A stretch of DNA of 64,000 nt from Octopus vulgaris. Lineage: Eukaryota. The notes under the pieces were generated by a model. That model did not search any database, was not told the DNA's origin, and saw only the letters and a list, made by a program, of their open reading frames with translations. The position numbers were made by a program, and so were the translations under genes. The stretch covers positions 164,362,001-164,426,000 of the forward strand of contig OX597817.1 of the NCBI GenBank assembly GCA_951406725.2, written 5' to 3'. Every line of letters begins with the position of its first letter. Within the stretch, counting starts at the first letter, position 1. Positions 1-11,909 of the stretch are shown here, in pieces.

Positions 1-600
1 TATAATAGCAAAAGCTTCAACTGTATCTTGTATCAGAATACTGTCTTGACTGCCAGTCTATACGCTTTGTATTTTTCAAATCTCTTGAATTAAAAGTTTC
101 CAGTTACTCTTCTACTGTAATATGTTCTAATGGGACTCTTTTCAACCCTTACTCTATCGAATTTAGCATGCCTCTTAAGTTCAGCTATGCCTCCTGCATT
201 TATCCTCCTATGCATTAACAACCTAGTTGTTGTCATATCTAGGAGCACTCATTCGTATGCAGATAATGCCATCTTTACTCCTGCTTCACCTTGCACACTT
301 AGACATCATCCACATATAACCAAACTACCTCATTGCCAAATCTACACCGCTTTCCTGAAAAAGAACCTTACAAACATCATTCAAAGGGAGCATAACATGA
401 TCTTTTTCGACAGCATAAAAACACAAACTCTACGCATGCTAATGCCCTAACCACATCCAAAAGAAGTTCATTTCACTGACTGACAAAGATGCACTAACCA
501 ACACACAACCACTTGCTGACATATTCACTGTTTCTTCTCTATCCTTATTCTACTTCTACTATAATGACCTTTACTCCTTTAAATTAGCTGTATATCCCTT
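1..600 (+). mobile_element. Decayed non-LTR retrotransposon RT fragment (CR1/Jockey-like)
   Basis: ORF 130-450 reads FILLCINNL...HSYADNAIF (YADD-like motif) and then KNLTNII...NMIFFDSIKTQTL, matching LINE RT 'DL..I..W...N...FN..KTQ'. Confidence 0.7.
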
Positions 601-621
601 CACTTATGTCAGGTGGATTCT

Positions 622-849
622 TTAACCCTTTCGTTACCAACCCGGCTGAAACCGGCTCTGGCTCTTTAGTACAAATGTCTGGTTTTCAAAAGTTCTGAAT
701 TAAAACCTTCCACCAAACCTTAGTCACAATTTATGTCCCTAACTCTAGCTTAATGATAACAATGTTATTTTACTTCATTCTTTGTTATATTAACATAATT
801 AGAAGAAACACTGAGCATCTCAAAATAAATTCAGTAACGAAAGGGTTAA
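622..849. mobile_element. piggyBac-type MITE (TTAA TSD, TIR CCCTTTCGTTAC)
   Basis: TTAA-CCCTTTCGTTAC...GTAACGAAAGGG-TTAA. Related copies at ~45442-45658, ~60233-60461, ~61717-61945 and a partial copy at ~28760-28959. Confidence 0.85.
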
Positions 850-1071
850 CCCTTTAGTTTTTGAACCGGCTATATCCGGCCCAAATATTCTGCTCATTTT
901 ATGCTCAAACTGGCCAGAACCAGTATCTCACACTTACCTTGCAATGTCATTCTAAAAATAAACAATTACATCTTTCAAATCTTGAAGCTACAAGATAATA
1001 CCAGATTAATTTTAAAAAATGTAAATGAATAAGGATTACTTTTGACATTAATTTGAACGCTAAAGGGTTTA
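846..1071. mobile_element. Second TTAA MITE family (TIR CCCTTTAG), abutting the first
   Basis: TTAACCCTTTAG...CTAAAGGGTTTA shares the TTAA at 846-849. A related copy lies in the opposite orientation at ~29288-29513. Confidence 0.75.
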
Positions 1072-2072
1072 TCTCTTCTCTCTTCTCTTATCAAATTACC
1101 AGACCCTGTAGTAACATAGATAGGGGTGGGCACAAGGAGCTGACCACTCCAGGTGGTGCTTTTATGGGGCAACACTTTTGGTTCTGCTTTATAAGCTTGT
1201 ATAGACTGCATTAACCTGGAGGGCAGTGAGGAGAGTAAACTCAATGGTTGTCCCAGGTGGCACAATCTTTAGCTGTGCCATTGGTCTTAATATTTACTCT
1301 GAAGTAAAAACAAAAGTCATTCTTCCACAGAACAGCATCAGTCTGGAAATCCACACACAGTGACCTTTGATTTCCTAAGGATGGTGAAATTGGACATCAA
1401 CTACATAAATGTTCTCCATAGAAGAAGATCTGCAAAGGTCAGAGGTAACTCTCTATCCACCTCTTTTCACCAACTTATAAATATATGAAAAAAATGGTTG
1501 CAGCTCTTTCCCACTCCAGCTATTCTTGATATGTCACAGGGTGAAAGGCTAGAAAAGTTGAAAGGATACTTATGTCTTCTTGAAACTGCATAGGCACCCA
1601 AAACAATTAAGAAAAGTATGGCACATATTAGTAAGTCATTTGTGGTTGATAGTAAGCTCTTTTATACTTGTATTATGTGTATGCAAACATAGAATGACAC
1701 CAGCTGGAGCATTTTGTCTCAGAGCAACTTCTCAAAAAGACTTGTGTGTTAAAAACAGAGCTTCACTTAGAATGCCCCAGTAGACTACCAGACACAGTGT
1801 TTCAACATGATTTGGCCTCCTCAGTAATGAATACTTTAAATGTTCTAAGTCAAACCAAAATGGCTTGTGATATAAAAATCAGTGACCAAAACCTTTATAG
1901 CTTTGTGCAAATGATAGCCAGCCCAGGATGGCTAAGAAACTTATTTTTTAACCATATGGTTTTTGGGTTCACTCCCACCACACAGCACCCTGAGCATGTG
2001 TTTTCTACTATAGCCCTGGGCTGACAATAGCCTTGTGAGTGGATTTTGTAGATAAAAACTGAAAGACAACAG

Positions 2073-2106
<34 letters not shown>

Positions 2107-2251
2107 ACGCGCGTGAGTGTGTGTGTGTGTGTGCATGTGTGTGTGTGAATGCGTGTGTGTGCATGCGCATGTGTGCATGCATGTGTGAGTGTGTGTCTGT
2201 GTGTGTGCATGCGCGTGTGTGCATGTATGTGTGTGTGTGTGTGTGTGTGTG
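2073..2251. repeat. Compound (TG)n microsatellite inside a SINE-like element (~1920-2490)
   Basis: Direct inspection. It generates the His/Thr and Val/Cys pseudo-ORFs. Confidence 0.95.
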
Positions 2252-2655
2252 TCTTTTGTCTTGACATTGTATGATATTTGTAAATGAACATCACTGTAAT
2301 GCAAGCAATGTCTTTCATTTCCTTCCAGCCAGGTAAATATGTTTGACCATAGGGAAATATTACCTTGCTTGGAAATAGATGCATGTAGATGACATGAAGG
2401 GCATCAAACCACAGAAAATTTGCCTCAACAAATTCTATCTGACCATGCAAGCATGAAAAAGAGAAGATTATAACATTGATGATGATATATATTGTATAGA
2501 GGAGTTTATTGAGAGTTTACTCCTGATAACAAAGGTTCATCCTGTGCTAAATTAGACTATGAAGTATGTGTTAAGTGTATCATTTGATACAGCATATAGT
2601 GATGCACTGGCATTGAATGAGAAAAATCTGTGGATGATAGAGGGAAATAAGTTGA

Positions 2656-3087
2656 GGGATCTTTTCGGTTTGAACGGCAGTTTTTTCTAGCGGTGTCATA
2701 TGAAATTGTCACCCATAATTATGACCCTAGTATCGATCTATTGCATTTCAATCTGTTTTAGTGTTAGGGTTAGGGTTAGGGTTAGGGGTGGGGGGAAGGG
2801 TGTCTTTTTTTCTTCAGAAATATAAATAAACCCAATCTGTTTCTTAAACAAGGGACATATTCATACGGCACAGAATGTTTTCACCTCAATAGACGTCATT
2901 GATTGGTTGAAATTGCAGAAATGCAAGAAAAAAAAACAACAAATATCTTACAAAATATAGAATTTTCTCAATAAAGCCAAGAGAAAAAGATGTTTTATAA
3001 ACACATTCTACCAGTATACAAAGTTTAAAAGTGTTTAGTTACGTGGAAATTATTTTAAAAAACTGCCGTTCAAACCAAAAAGATCCT
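2656..3087. mobile_element. MITE with GGGATCTTTTCGGTTTGAACGGCAG TIR and internal (TTAGGG)n
   Basis: ~25-30 bp TIRs and a flanking AAGTTGA duplication. Further copies at 11276-11679 and 43564-43974. Confidence 0.88.
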
Positions 3088-3489
3088 AAGTTGAATGCAG
3101 TCTATTGGGTGTGTAATTTTTATTCTATATGAAATACAGAGAACATTTAAGCTTGTAGAGTAGGTAGACTGACTGCTCTCATATGGAAATGTATTGAGAA
3201 TGGATGACAAAAAAGGGTGAAAAAAAACAAAGGCTTTATTCTGTCATGTAAGACATAAGAAAAAGTTTTAAGGTCAACTTAAAAAATTACAGAAAAAATA
3301 TCACAAGACTGAGCTGAGTGTTGACATGACACACTTTCAGATAATAAATGATTCATAAAATGATGATTATGTTGATGATGATAAATATGATAGTCATAAC
3401 GATAGTGGTCATAATGAACATGTATGTATATACCCTTATGTACATATACATGTGAGCATGTATATATGTTTCCCTCTCTCACTCTCTGT

Positions 3490-3657
<168 letters not shown>

Positions 3658-3749
3658 AATTTACATAAATAAGGATAAGATCGTTATTTAAAATACCGAT
3701 CTTATCAGGCGGTCAGCATCAGAATAAAAACCTCATAATTAATAATTAT

Positions 3750-4170
3750 TATTAAAATTATAATTATGGGTATCTAAAAGAATCTACCATGCTAGATATA
3801 GCAGCCAAAACTTGACTCTAAAACCTCATTAAATGTTCATACCACACCAAGAGAGAAGACAAAGAGACAAAATAAACTAGCAAAAAACATTTAGTGGATA
3901 ATTCCAGATCCGGAATTATCCAGTAAACTTTTTTTCTCTCTTGCTATGAACATTTAATGAGGTTTTAGAGTCAAGTTTTGGCTGCTATATCTCAGCATGG
4001 TAGATTCTTTTAGATACCATAATCATAATTTTAATAATTATTACCTGTTTATGGATAATTCCAGATCTGGAATTATCCACTAAATGTTTTTTGCTAGGTT
4101 TTAGAGTCAAGTTTTGGCTGTTATATCTAGCATGGTGGTATCTATTATATACCCTTAATTATAATATATA
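3750..4170. repeat. Fold-back (inverted) repeat cluster, probably a retroelement end
   Basis: ~3750-3840 is the reverse complement of ~3946-4040. ~3878-3922 matches ~4052-4097 in inverted form. Contains a GGATAATTCC...GGAATTATCC hairpin. Confidence 0.8.
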
Positions 4171-4176
4171 TATATA

Positions 4177-5160
4177 ATCATCATCATCATCATCGTCGTT
4201 TAACATCCGTTTTCCATGTGGCATGGGTTGGACGGTTTGACTGATGTCTGGAGAGCTAGGGGCTGCACCAGGCTCCAATCTGATCTGACAATGTTTCTAC
4301 AGCTGGATGCTTTTCCTAATGCCACCCACTCCAAGAGGGTAGTGGGTGCTTTATATGTGCCACCAGCATGGGAGCCAGTCAGGCAGGCCTGGCATTGATC
4401 ACGTCTGGATGGTGCTTTTTACATGCCACTGGCACAAGAGCCAGTCAGGCTGTACTGGCATCGGCCATAATTGGTTGGTGATTTTTACGTGCCACCACTA
4501 TGGCAGCCAGTCAGGGGCCACTGGCCACAGCTACAATATTAGTTTTACTTGACTCAACAGGTCTTCTCAAGCATATCATATCACTTGACACATCAGGGGT
4601 ATTCTTAACAGGGCCAGACATGTGTAGCTGCGATCTCACTTTAGTTGCCGGGTCTTCTCAATCACAACATATCTCCAAAGGTCCCAGTCTCTTATCATTG
4701 CCTCTGAGAAGCCTAATGTTCGAAGGTGATGCTTCATCACCTCATCCCATGTCTTCTTGGTTTACCTCTTCCACAGGCTTCTTCTACAGTTAGGGAGTGG
4801 CACTTCCTCACACAGCTGTCTTCATTCATACACAACACATGACTATACTAGTGCAGACGCCTCTCTTGCATACCACATTTGATGCTTCATATGTCCGACT
4901 TTCCTCTCAGGGTTTTTACACTCTGTCGTGTATGCACACTGACTTTACACATCCAGCGGATAATACTGGCTTCATTTCTTTCAAGCCTACGCATGTCCTC
5001 AGTATTCATGGCTCATGTTTCACTGCTGTGTAGCATGGCAGTTTGCACACATGCATCATACAGTCTACTTTTCACCCTGAGCAAGAGGCCCTTAGTTGCC
5101 AGCAGAGGTAGGAGCTCCCTGAACTTTGCCCAGACTATTCTTACTCTAGTCGCTACCTCT
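4177..5160 (-). mobile_element. RTE-clade LINE 3' relic with the shared (TGA)n-ended tail
   Basis: The minus strand resembles the RTE C-terminus (..HVLCMNEDSCVRKC..RGKPRR..EVMKHHL). It is followed by the common tail ending CAACCCATGCCA...TGATGATGA. Confidence 0.75.
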
Positions 5161-5563
5161 GAGAGCCTAGATAGCAGAAACTATCAACTACAATAGTTTC
5201 TCCTCCTTGCATGTGATGGAATCTATTTTCTGCACATCTTCAGTGTTTATTGCCCCAGTACATCTGCCACACACACAAAAACTATTTTCCCAGTTAACCT
5301 TCCTTTGATATTGCTGTGCCTTTTATGTGTCCATATATATATATCTATATATATACTATATATGTGGGAATTTCTGTCTGTGGGTGTGTTTGCGGAGTTG
5401 TTATCTAATTCCTCCTCCATCGTTTTATCAATTTTGATGAAACTTGACACGTGAGTAGAACTCATGTCTGGAAACGTCATGGCATACTCAGATTGTTGAA
5501 AAAATTGATAATAGGGCCCCTGGAAGTGATCCTTGTATATATCTAATATATTTTATTTTAATA

Positions 5564-6471
5564 TCTATATATATAAAAGTGAAGTCGTGTGAATGTCTGT
5601 CTCCTACGATTTAGATTCCTAACTACTCCCACATTTTGTGGTGCAGTTTAACCAAATTCGGGTATCTTATAGTCGTGATTCATATCGAGCCCATCTGGGT
5701 ATTAGCGCGCATCTACGATGAGTCTACGATTTTAAAAATAATTTACCATAATCTTTTTCCATTTTAACGCATATTTTTTCGTGTGTCGATGGCGGCGGAG
5801 TTGGCGTCCATGCTCACACCTGCACCTGTGTTGCTTCTCCCCCTTCTTCCCTCCCTCGTGAAGCTGTGGGGAAGGGAGTGTAAGGAAATCAACGTTGTAA
5901 AGCGTTGTCAAGGAGACCAGCGTTCTTTTAGAACAACGACTCCATGGTTTGAAGTCGCCAAAACAGAAATCGCTAAAAAAAATGAAACAGAACCACAAAA
6001 ACGGCAAAAACCGCCACACAGGGCAGGTTTCCTGTGCAAACACTTTGCACAACCAAATGTTTTAGTTGTTGCACAAATCTTTATATATAAAAGTGAAGTT
6101 GTGTGTCTGTCTCCTACGATTTAGATTCCTAACTACTCCCACATTTTGCGGTGCAGTTTAACCAAAACCGGGTATCTTATAGTCGTGATTCATATCGAGC
6201 CCTTCTGGGTATTAGCGCGCGTCTACGATGAGTCTACGATTTTAAAAATAATTTACCATCATTTTTTTCCATTTTAATGCATTTTTTGCTATTATATAAG
6301 GGAAGTAACTCTCTAAAAATGTCTACGATGAGTCAACGATTTAAAAAAAATTTGCTATAATTTTTTTTCCATTTTTAATGCATTTTTTGCTATTTTTTGG
6401 CTATAACTCTCTAAAAATGCTTTATAGTTATTTCCCTTACAAACCCAAGCAACGCCGGGCGATACTGCTAG
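5564..6471 (+). mobile_element. Non-autonomous Helitron with two 5' ends (5564, 6078)
   Basis: A|TCTATATATATAAAAGTGAAG start, which recurs at 6078 with a duplicated ~190 bp body. Subterminal CCC..GCAACGCCGGG and a CTAG|T end. Confidence 0.85.
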
Positions 6472-6723
6472 TATTTTATATATCTAATATATTTTATTTT
6501 AAAAACCAAGGGAAATTCGTCCCTTGATGGGATCATTGTATATAGCCAAGGGAAATAACCCATTCGTTTTCCTAAATTATTTGGTAAAAATGAAAATGAG
6601 TATGCTTAGTTCTTAGTATTTGAACTGTTAGAGTTATTTTCGCAATTTATCCAGTACAACCCTTAAACAAGTAAATAGTATTTTCCTAAACAATAGATCC
6701 ACTTATTTCGGTTAGTGACTTAT

Positions 6724-9128
6724 TCATGAATATACCAACACTAGTGCCTCTGAGGGTAATATTCTCTGGGAATGCACAAAAGCCCTTTTCATAATATCAC
6801 TATCAGACATATAATTCTTACATAACTCTATTAAGTGATCACAGCTATTAAATGATGAGTGGTAACAAATAAACATTGCTAAATTTGCTTCAAGCATCGA
6901 TGTCTTATCATTTTGGGCTTTAATAAAATTGGCAAGAGGAATCATTTGCTGTGGAGTTGATGCCTTATGTTTCTTTGCTTCACAGTGGCTTCTTTCGGAA
7001 TTTTTGCTAGTACAACTTATTTTTTTTTTGCTCATTATAATGTAGTGGGAAGCAAGAAAATAAATTGGTGGCGAGCCGGGTAAAATGCTTAGTGGTATTT
7101 CTTCTGCCATCACGTTCTGAGTTCAAATTCCACCGAGGTCTACTTCGCCTTTCATCCTTTCGGGGTCAATAAATTAAGTACCAGTTACACACTGAGGTCG
7201 ATGTAATCGACTTAATACCTATGTCTGTCCTTGTTTGTCCCCTCTATGTTTAGCCCCTTGTGGGTAATAAAGAAATAGGTATTTCGTCTGCCGTTACATT
7301 TTGAGTTCAAATTCCGCCAAGGTCTACTTCGCCTTTCATCCTTTCGGGGTCAATAAATTAAGTACCAGTTACACACTGAGGTCGATATAATCGACTTAAT
7401 ACCTATGTCTGTCCTTGTTTGTCCCCTCTATGTTTAGCCCCTTGTGGGTAATAAAGAAATAGGTATTTCTTCTGCCATCACGTTCTGAGTTCAAATTCCA
7501 CCGAGGTCTACTTCGCCTTTCATCCTTTCGGGGTCAATAAATTAAGTACCAGTTACACACTGAGGTCGATGTAATCGACTTAATACCTATGTCTGTCCTT
7601 GTTTGTCCCCTCTATGTTTAACCCCTTGTGGGTAATAAAGAAATAGGTATTTCGTCTGCCGTTACGTTTTGAGTTCAAAATCCGCCGAGGTCTACTTTGA
7701 CTTTCATCCTTTCGGTGTCAATAAATTAAGTACCAGTTACGTACTGGGGTCAATGTAATCGACTTAATACCTATGTCTGTCCTTGTTTGTCCCCTCTATG
7801 TTTAGCCCCTTGTGGGTAATAAAGAAATAGGTATTTCGTCTGCCATCACGTTCTGAGTTCAAATTCCACCGAGGTCTACTTCGCCTTTCATCCTTTCGGG
7901 GTCAATAAATTAAGTACCAGTTACACACTGAGGTCGATGTAATCGACTTAATACCTATGTCTGTCCTTGTTTGTCCCCTCTATGTTTAGCCCCTTGTGGG
8001 TAATAAAGAAATAGGTATTTCGTCTGCCGTTACGTTTTGAGTTCAAATTCCGCTGAGGTCTACTTTGACTTTCATCCTTTCGGTGTCAATAAATTAAATA
8101 CCAGTTACGTACTGGGGGTCAATGTAATCGACTTAATCCCTTTGTCTGTCCTTGTTTGTCCCCTCTATGTTTAGCCCCTTGTGGGCAATAAAGAAATAAG
8201 AAAATAATTTGAATGATTAATAAAAATATAAAATTGAAAACACAGCTTATCAGTTTGCCGCAAATAATTCTTTCATTTGCTGTCAACAATTCTTATGTTT
8301 GCTACTAACAAATTCTTAAGGTGAAGAATACTGATTCAGAGATGCAGGGTGGCCAACTTATAAATGGAAAAGTAAAATCTGCAGAAATCCTAAAACTGTG
8401 TTCAGATATAAACCTGGGAACATCACATTTCGCTTCCAATCTTACATTTAATATCTATTGCTAAAACCACAAATACAACTACAATATTTGAAGAAGAAAA
8501 AAAGTAAGTAGAACTATAAAGGGGAGACCGCCGCCATCCCCGTAGTTCTACACAAGATATTTAATCCAAATGGAAAAACACAGGTCTGTTTTAAAAGAGT
8601 CAAACTGAAAGTAAATCAGTCAACCTGTCACGATAAAAACTCATCTCTACAGAATAAAGCATTGTTAGGACGAATTTCCATGCTTTCATTCTTTGCAACA
8701 AATTTACGTTATTGTGTAGTGAGTTCAGGTGCTGACATGAGTTATCTTTTCCCCCTCCTCCCATCAGCACGGCTCTGTATCTAAGCGGCAGGAGTGGGGA
8801 TGGAAAAGTTCATAACTTGATAAACTTTATTTTGATAAACTTCCATTTGAAGTTTCATGAAAGTGAAAGAAAAATTCAACAAAAAGCTGATAGTGCTAAA
8901 ATTTGGATGTAAGATACTTTGACGAAAGGGGAAAAGGAGGAAAAAGAAAAAAAAAAATGGTAACTATTGTGGAAATAGCATGATCAGAGAAAAATGCTAA
9001 AAAAAAATGCTGAATAAAATTTTAAACCTGCTATTTCCCCTGCTAAATGCTAGATTCAAAAATTTTTCTGCTAAATGCTGAAAAAAAATGCAAGATCTAG
9101 CATAAAATATGCTAAATTGGCAAACCCT
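6724..9128 (-). mobile_element. Decayed hAT-type DNA transposon interrupted by a SINE array
   Basis: Minus-strand peptide HCEAKKHK...EANLAMFICYHSSFNSCDHLIELCKNYMSDSDIMK resembles the hAT/ZNF862-type transposase N-terminal region. hAT-like end AGGGTTTGCCAATTTAGCA at 9128 (minus) and CAGGGTGGCCAAC at ~8345. Confidence 0.6.
7068..8200 (+). repeat. Tandem array of 6 x ~184 bp units of a tRNA-derived SINE
   Basis: Units start GGTATTTC at ~7094, 7278, 7462, 7646, 7830 and 8014. Each has a B-box-like GAGTTCAAATTCC and a GCCTTTCATCCTTTCGGGGTC core. Flanked by an AAGAAAATAA duplication. Confidence 0.93.
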
Positions 9129-10700
9129 ATAAGTTATCTCCCCTGGTGATGTAACCTCTCGCAGTTTAATGATGGGACCAAACGATGTTGTAATAAACTA
9201 CCAAGCGACTTGACGAAACAAATGACTAAACTTCAAATAATTCCTCTTGTTAGTAAGTATTCGACTTTTCAGTTACTTTACTTGTCTTCTGTTAGTATCT
9301 CAGCAATACCATGGAATTAATTTTGCCCATTATAACGACGCATTCTCTGCTACTAACACATATGCTTCTCTACACTTTCTATCATCGTGTCGCGTTAATA
9401 ACCTTAATATTATTTATAAGCCTTGTTTGCTGTTTACTGTCGGCAAATCACCCTAATTCTTAATATAGTACAGTAACCTAGGTTTTGTCAGGTAATTCCT
9501 TTTTATCACTTCATTCCCACTTAGCATCTCCAATTCAATTACATATCTTTATTCTTATTCGACGGTAGACTACCTCATTCGGGACACTTCACTTAATCTT
9601 CTAATACAAAATTTACAGACTCTGTTATCTAAATATAGTTTTTTTTAAATAAAAACACCCATAAATATATTCCTTCGTTGTTTCAATGTTTCTGCTAAGA
9701 TCGAAACATTCTCTCTCTCTATATATTTTCTGTAGATTATACGTAATTGCAACGTTTGTATGTTGCCTGTCTTTCGAGACAGTATTTTACTAAAATATTC
9801 AATGAAGACATCTTGTTAAAAGATTCCTTAACTAGTAATGATTATAAGAAAAGATATATATTTGTTTAATTGTTATTTAAAACATACATAAATCTTGCTT
9901 AAAACTCAAACGTACCTAACCTGTCGCAACACGAATCGAGAGACAAGCATTAAAATAACTTCGTAGAAAATGAAATTTTGGGAATAATTAAAAGTTTGAA
10001 ATTTGTTTTTTGTATATTATTGTGATGATATCGATAATTCAGTATCTCAAATTCTATTTTTCCGTTATTTGTTTAATGACAATAAGACTTTCTTTGCTGT
10101 CCGTGTTATGTGAGAGATATAGTGTTCTAGCAGATAAATTTATTTCGAAAATATATCCTCTTTAGGTTACGTTTTGTTTTGACATTTAATCTCTGAAGCA
10201 TGGATTTTATAAATCACCTCCCACTTGTTTAATACGCTTTTTTCTTTTACTTTTTTCTTCTAATGGTCTTAGTATACTAATATATTGAGCATCGGCTTTT
10301 CAAAGTCTTAAAATTAAAATAAAAAAACCTTATTTAAAAAAAAAAACACAGCATAAAAACTATAAGGAATCTCAACCTAATGCTTTATAAATTACATAAA
10401 GGGCACGGTTAATTTTTTTTATATGTGTGCGAATTTTAAAAGTATTAAAAAACATTGATAAATCTCAATTTAGTGTTTTTTCTAATCGTATTTATATATT
10501 AATTATAGGGATAATGAACGCTGGCATTGATAATCTTTGACTATAGCGTGCCACTTTCACTTTCTCAAACTTTTAGTTAGCATCAGTTTGGCGGTCACGG
10601 AAAATTTCTATTTTTTTAAACTGTACTGCAGCCAGTTTGTTTGTCATAGGGGATATTTTAGGTGCATTTCTGATGCATCGAAGTGTCTAGAATTGTTGTT
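8500..10700. promoter_or_regulatory. CpG-retaining, SINE-free region; candidate promoter and first exons
   Basis: Visibly more CG dinucleotides than the unique DNA around it, no SINEs over ~2 kb, and splice-donor-like sites on both strands (GTAAGT at 9253 on +; GTACGT near 9915 on -). Confidence 0.4.
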
Positions 10701-11275
10701 GTTGTTGTAAACGAGAGGGTATTATGATAGGAAGATTTGGCAGCTATTTCTAGCAAAGAGAAGCATTTCAATTAACATTATTGTTACTTTTTCAAACACA
10801 AGAATAAATAAGACTTTAATTTGATTTAATTCAAACTGGTACTTTCCTTCTAGTTTCGGAAACTTTGGTTTTATCCTTCAGTTTCGAAAGATAATAATGA
10901 TTTCAGCAATGAATATCTTAAACAGTTGAAGGAATTTGGGAGCCAATGATCAACTTCCGTGATATTATGGAACAGCTGTAATAGAACATATTGTTGATGA
11001 ATAGCAATTTTTATTTTCCACTAGGTTCATATTTATCCTTACATTATCTCCATAAAAATTCTTGCAAGTAACTATTGAAAAGTTCTTCATATGCACCATT
11101 CATTTACTTCACTTTTATGTCATACCATAAAACTAAAACGATTTGGTAGTTTGTGTATGTGTCTGGCAGTTAGCAGAACTGATGGAATTCTTACTGTGGT
11201 TCACAATACATTGACCAAATTCCAATAGCAATTCTCATCATGGCTTGTCTGCTGAAATGAAAACGTAAGGAGACT

Positions 11276-11679
11276 GGGATCTTTTCGGTTTGAACGGCAG
11301 TTTTTTCGAGCGGTGTCATATGAAATTGTCACCCATAATTATGACCCTAGTATCGATCTAGGTACGCATTTCAATCTGTTTTAGGGTTAGGGGTGGGGGG
11401 AAAGGTATCTTTTTTTCTTCACAAATGTAAATAAACCCAATCTGTTTCTTAAACGAGGGACATATTCATACGGCACAGAATGTTTTTTACCTCAATAGAC
11501 GTCAGTGATTGGTTGAAATTGCAGAAAAAAAAACAACAGTGTTACAAACTATAGAATTTTCTCAATAAAGCCAAGAGAAAAAGATGTTTTATAAACACAT
11601 TCTACCAGTATACGAAGTTTAAAAGTGTTTAGTTACCTAGAAATTATGTTAAAAACTGCCGTTCAAACCGAAAAGATCC
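11276..11679. mobile_element. GGGATC-TIR MITE, copy 2
   Basis: Same TIRs as 2656-3087, with GGAGACT duplicated on both sides. Confidence 0.88.
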
Positions 11680-11909
11680 GGAGACTGTTCAAATCAGCTT
11701 GCTGGTGGCTGATGTGGCCAATACAAGACAGACATGCAGCAATATATCTATTTTATCACATGAATGTTCCAGTTATTGGAGCATATTATTGATCCACATG
11801 CAATTTTATTTCCTCTAATCTTGAGCAGTGTGTCTACCCAGTTACCCCAAATGCTTAGCAGTGTTGCATTAGAGCATTTACACTCTTGGTATTTTTTATA
11901 TTGTCAAGA

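Noticed and set aside
1331-1444. Open exon-like segment (CACAG...GAG|GTAACT)
   Set aside because: It is isolated, with no recognisable homology and no compatible neighbouring exon found.
1895-2450. His/Thr-rich ORFs
   Set aside because: They come from a (CA)n microsatellite within a SINE.
2764-2788. (TTAGGG)4 as an interstitial telomere or fusion scar
   Set aside because: It is internal to a MITE present three times in the window.
9555-9578. Minus-strand TGAGGTAGT let-7-like seed
   Set aside because: The remainder does not match let-7 and I found no supporting hairpin.
10090-10188. H/ACA snoRNA-like layout (hairpin-AGATAA-hairpin-ACA)
   Set aside because: The hairpins are short, weak and G:U-rich, the total length is below typical, and no target was identified.
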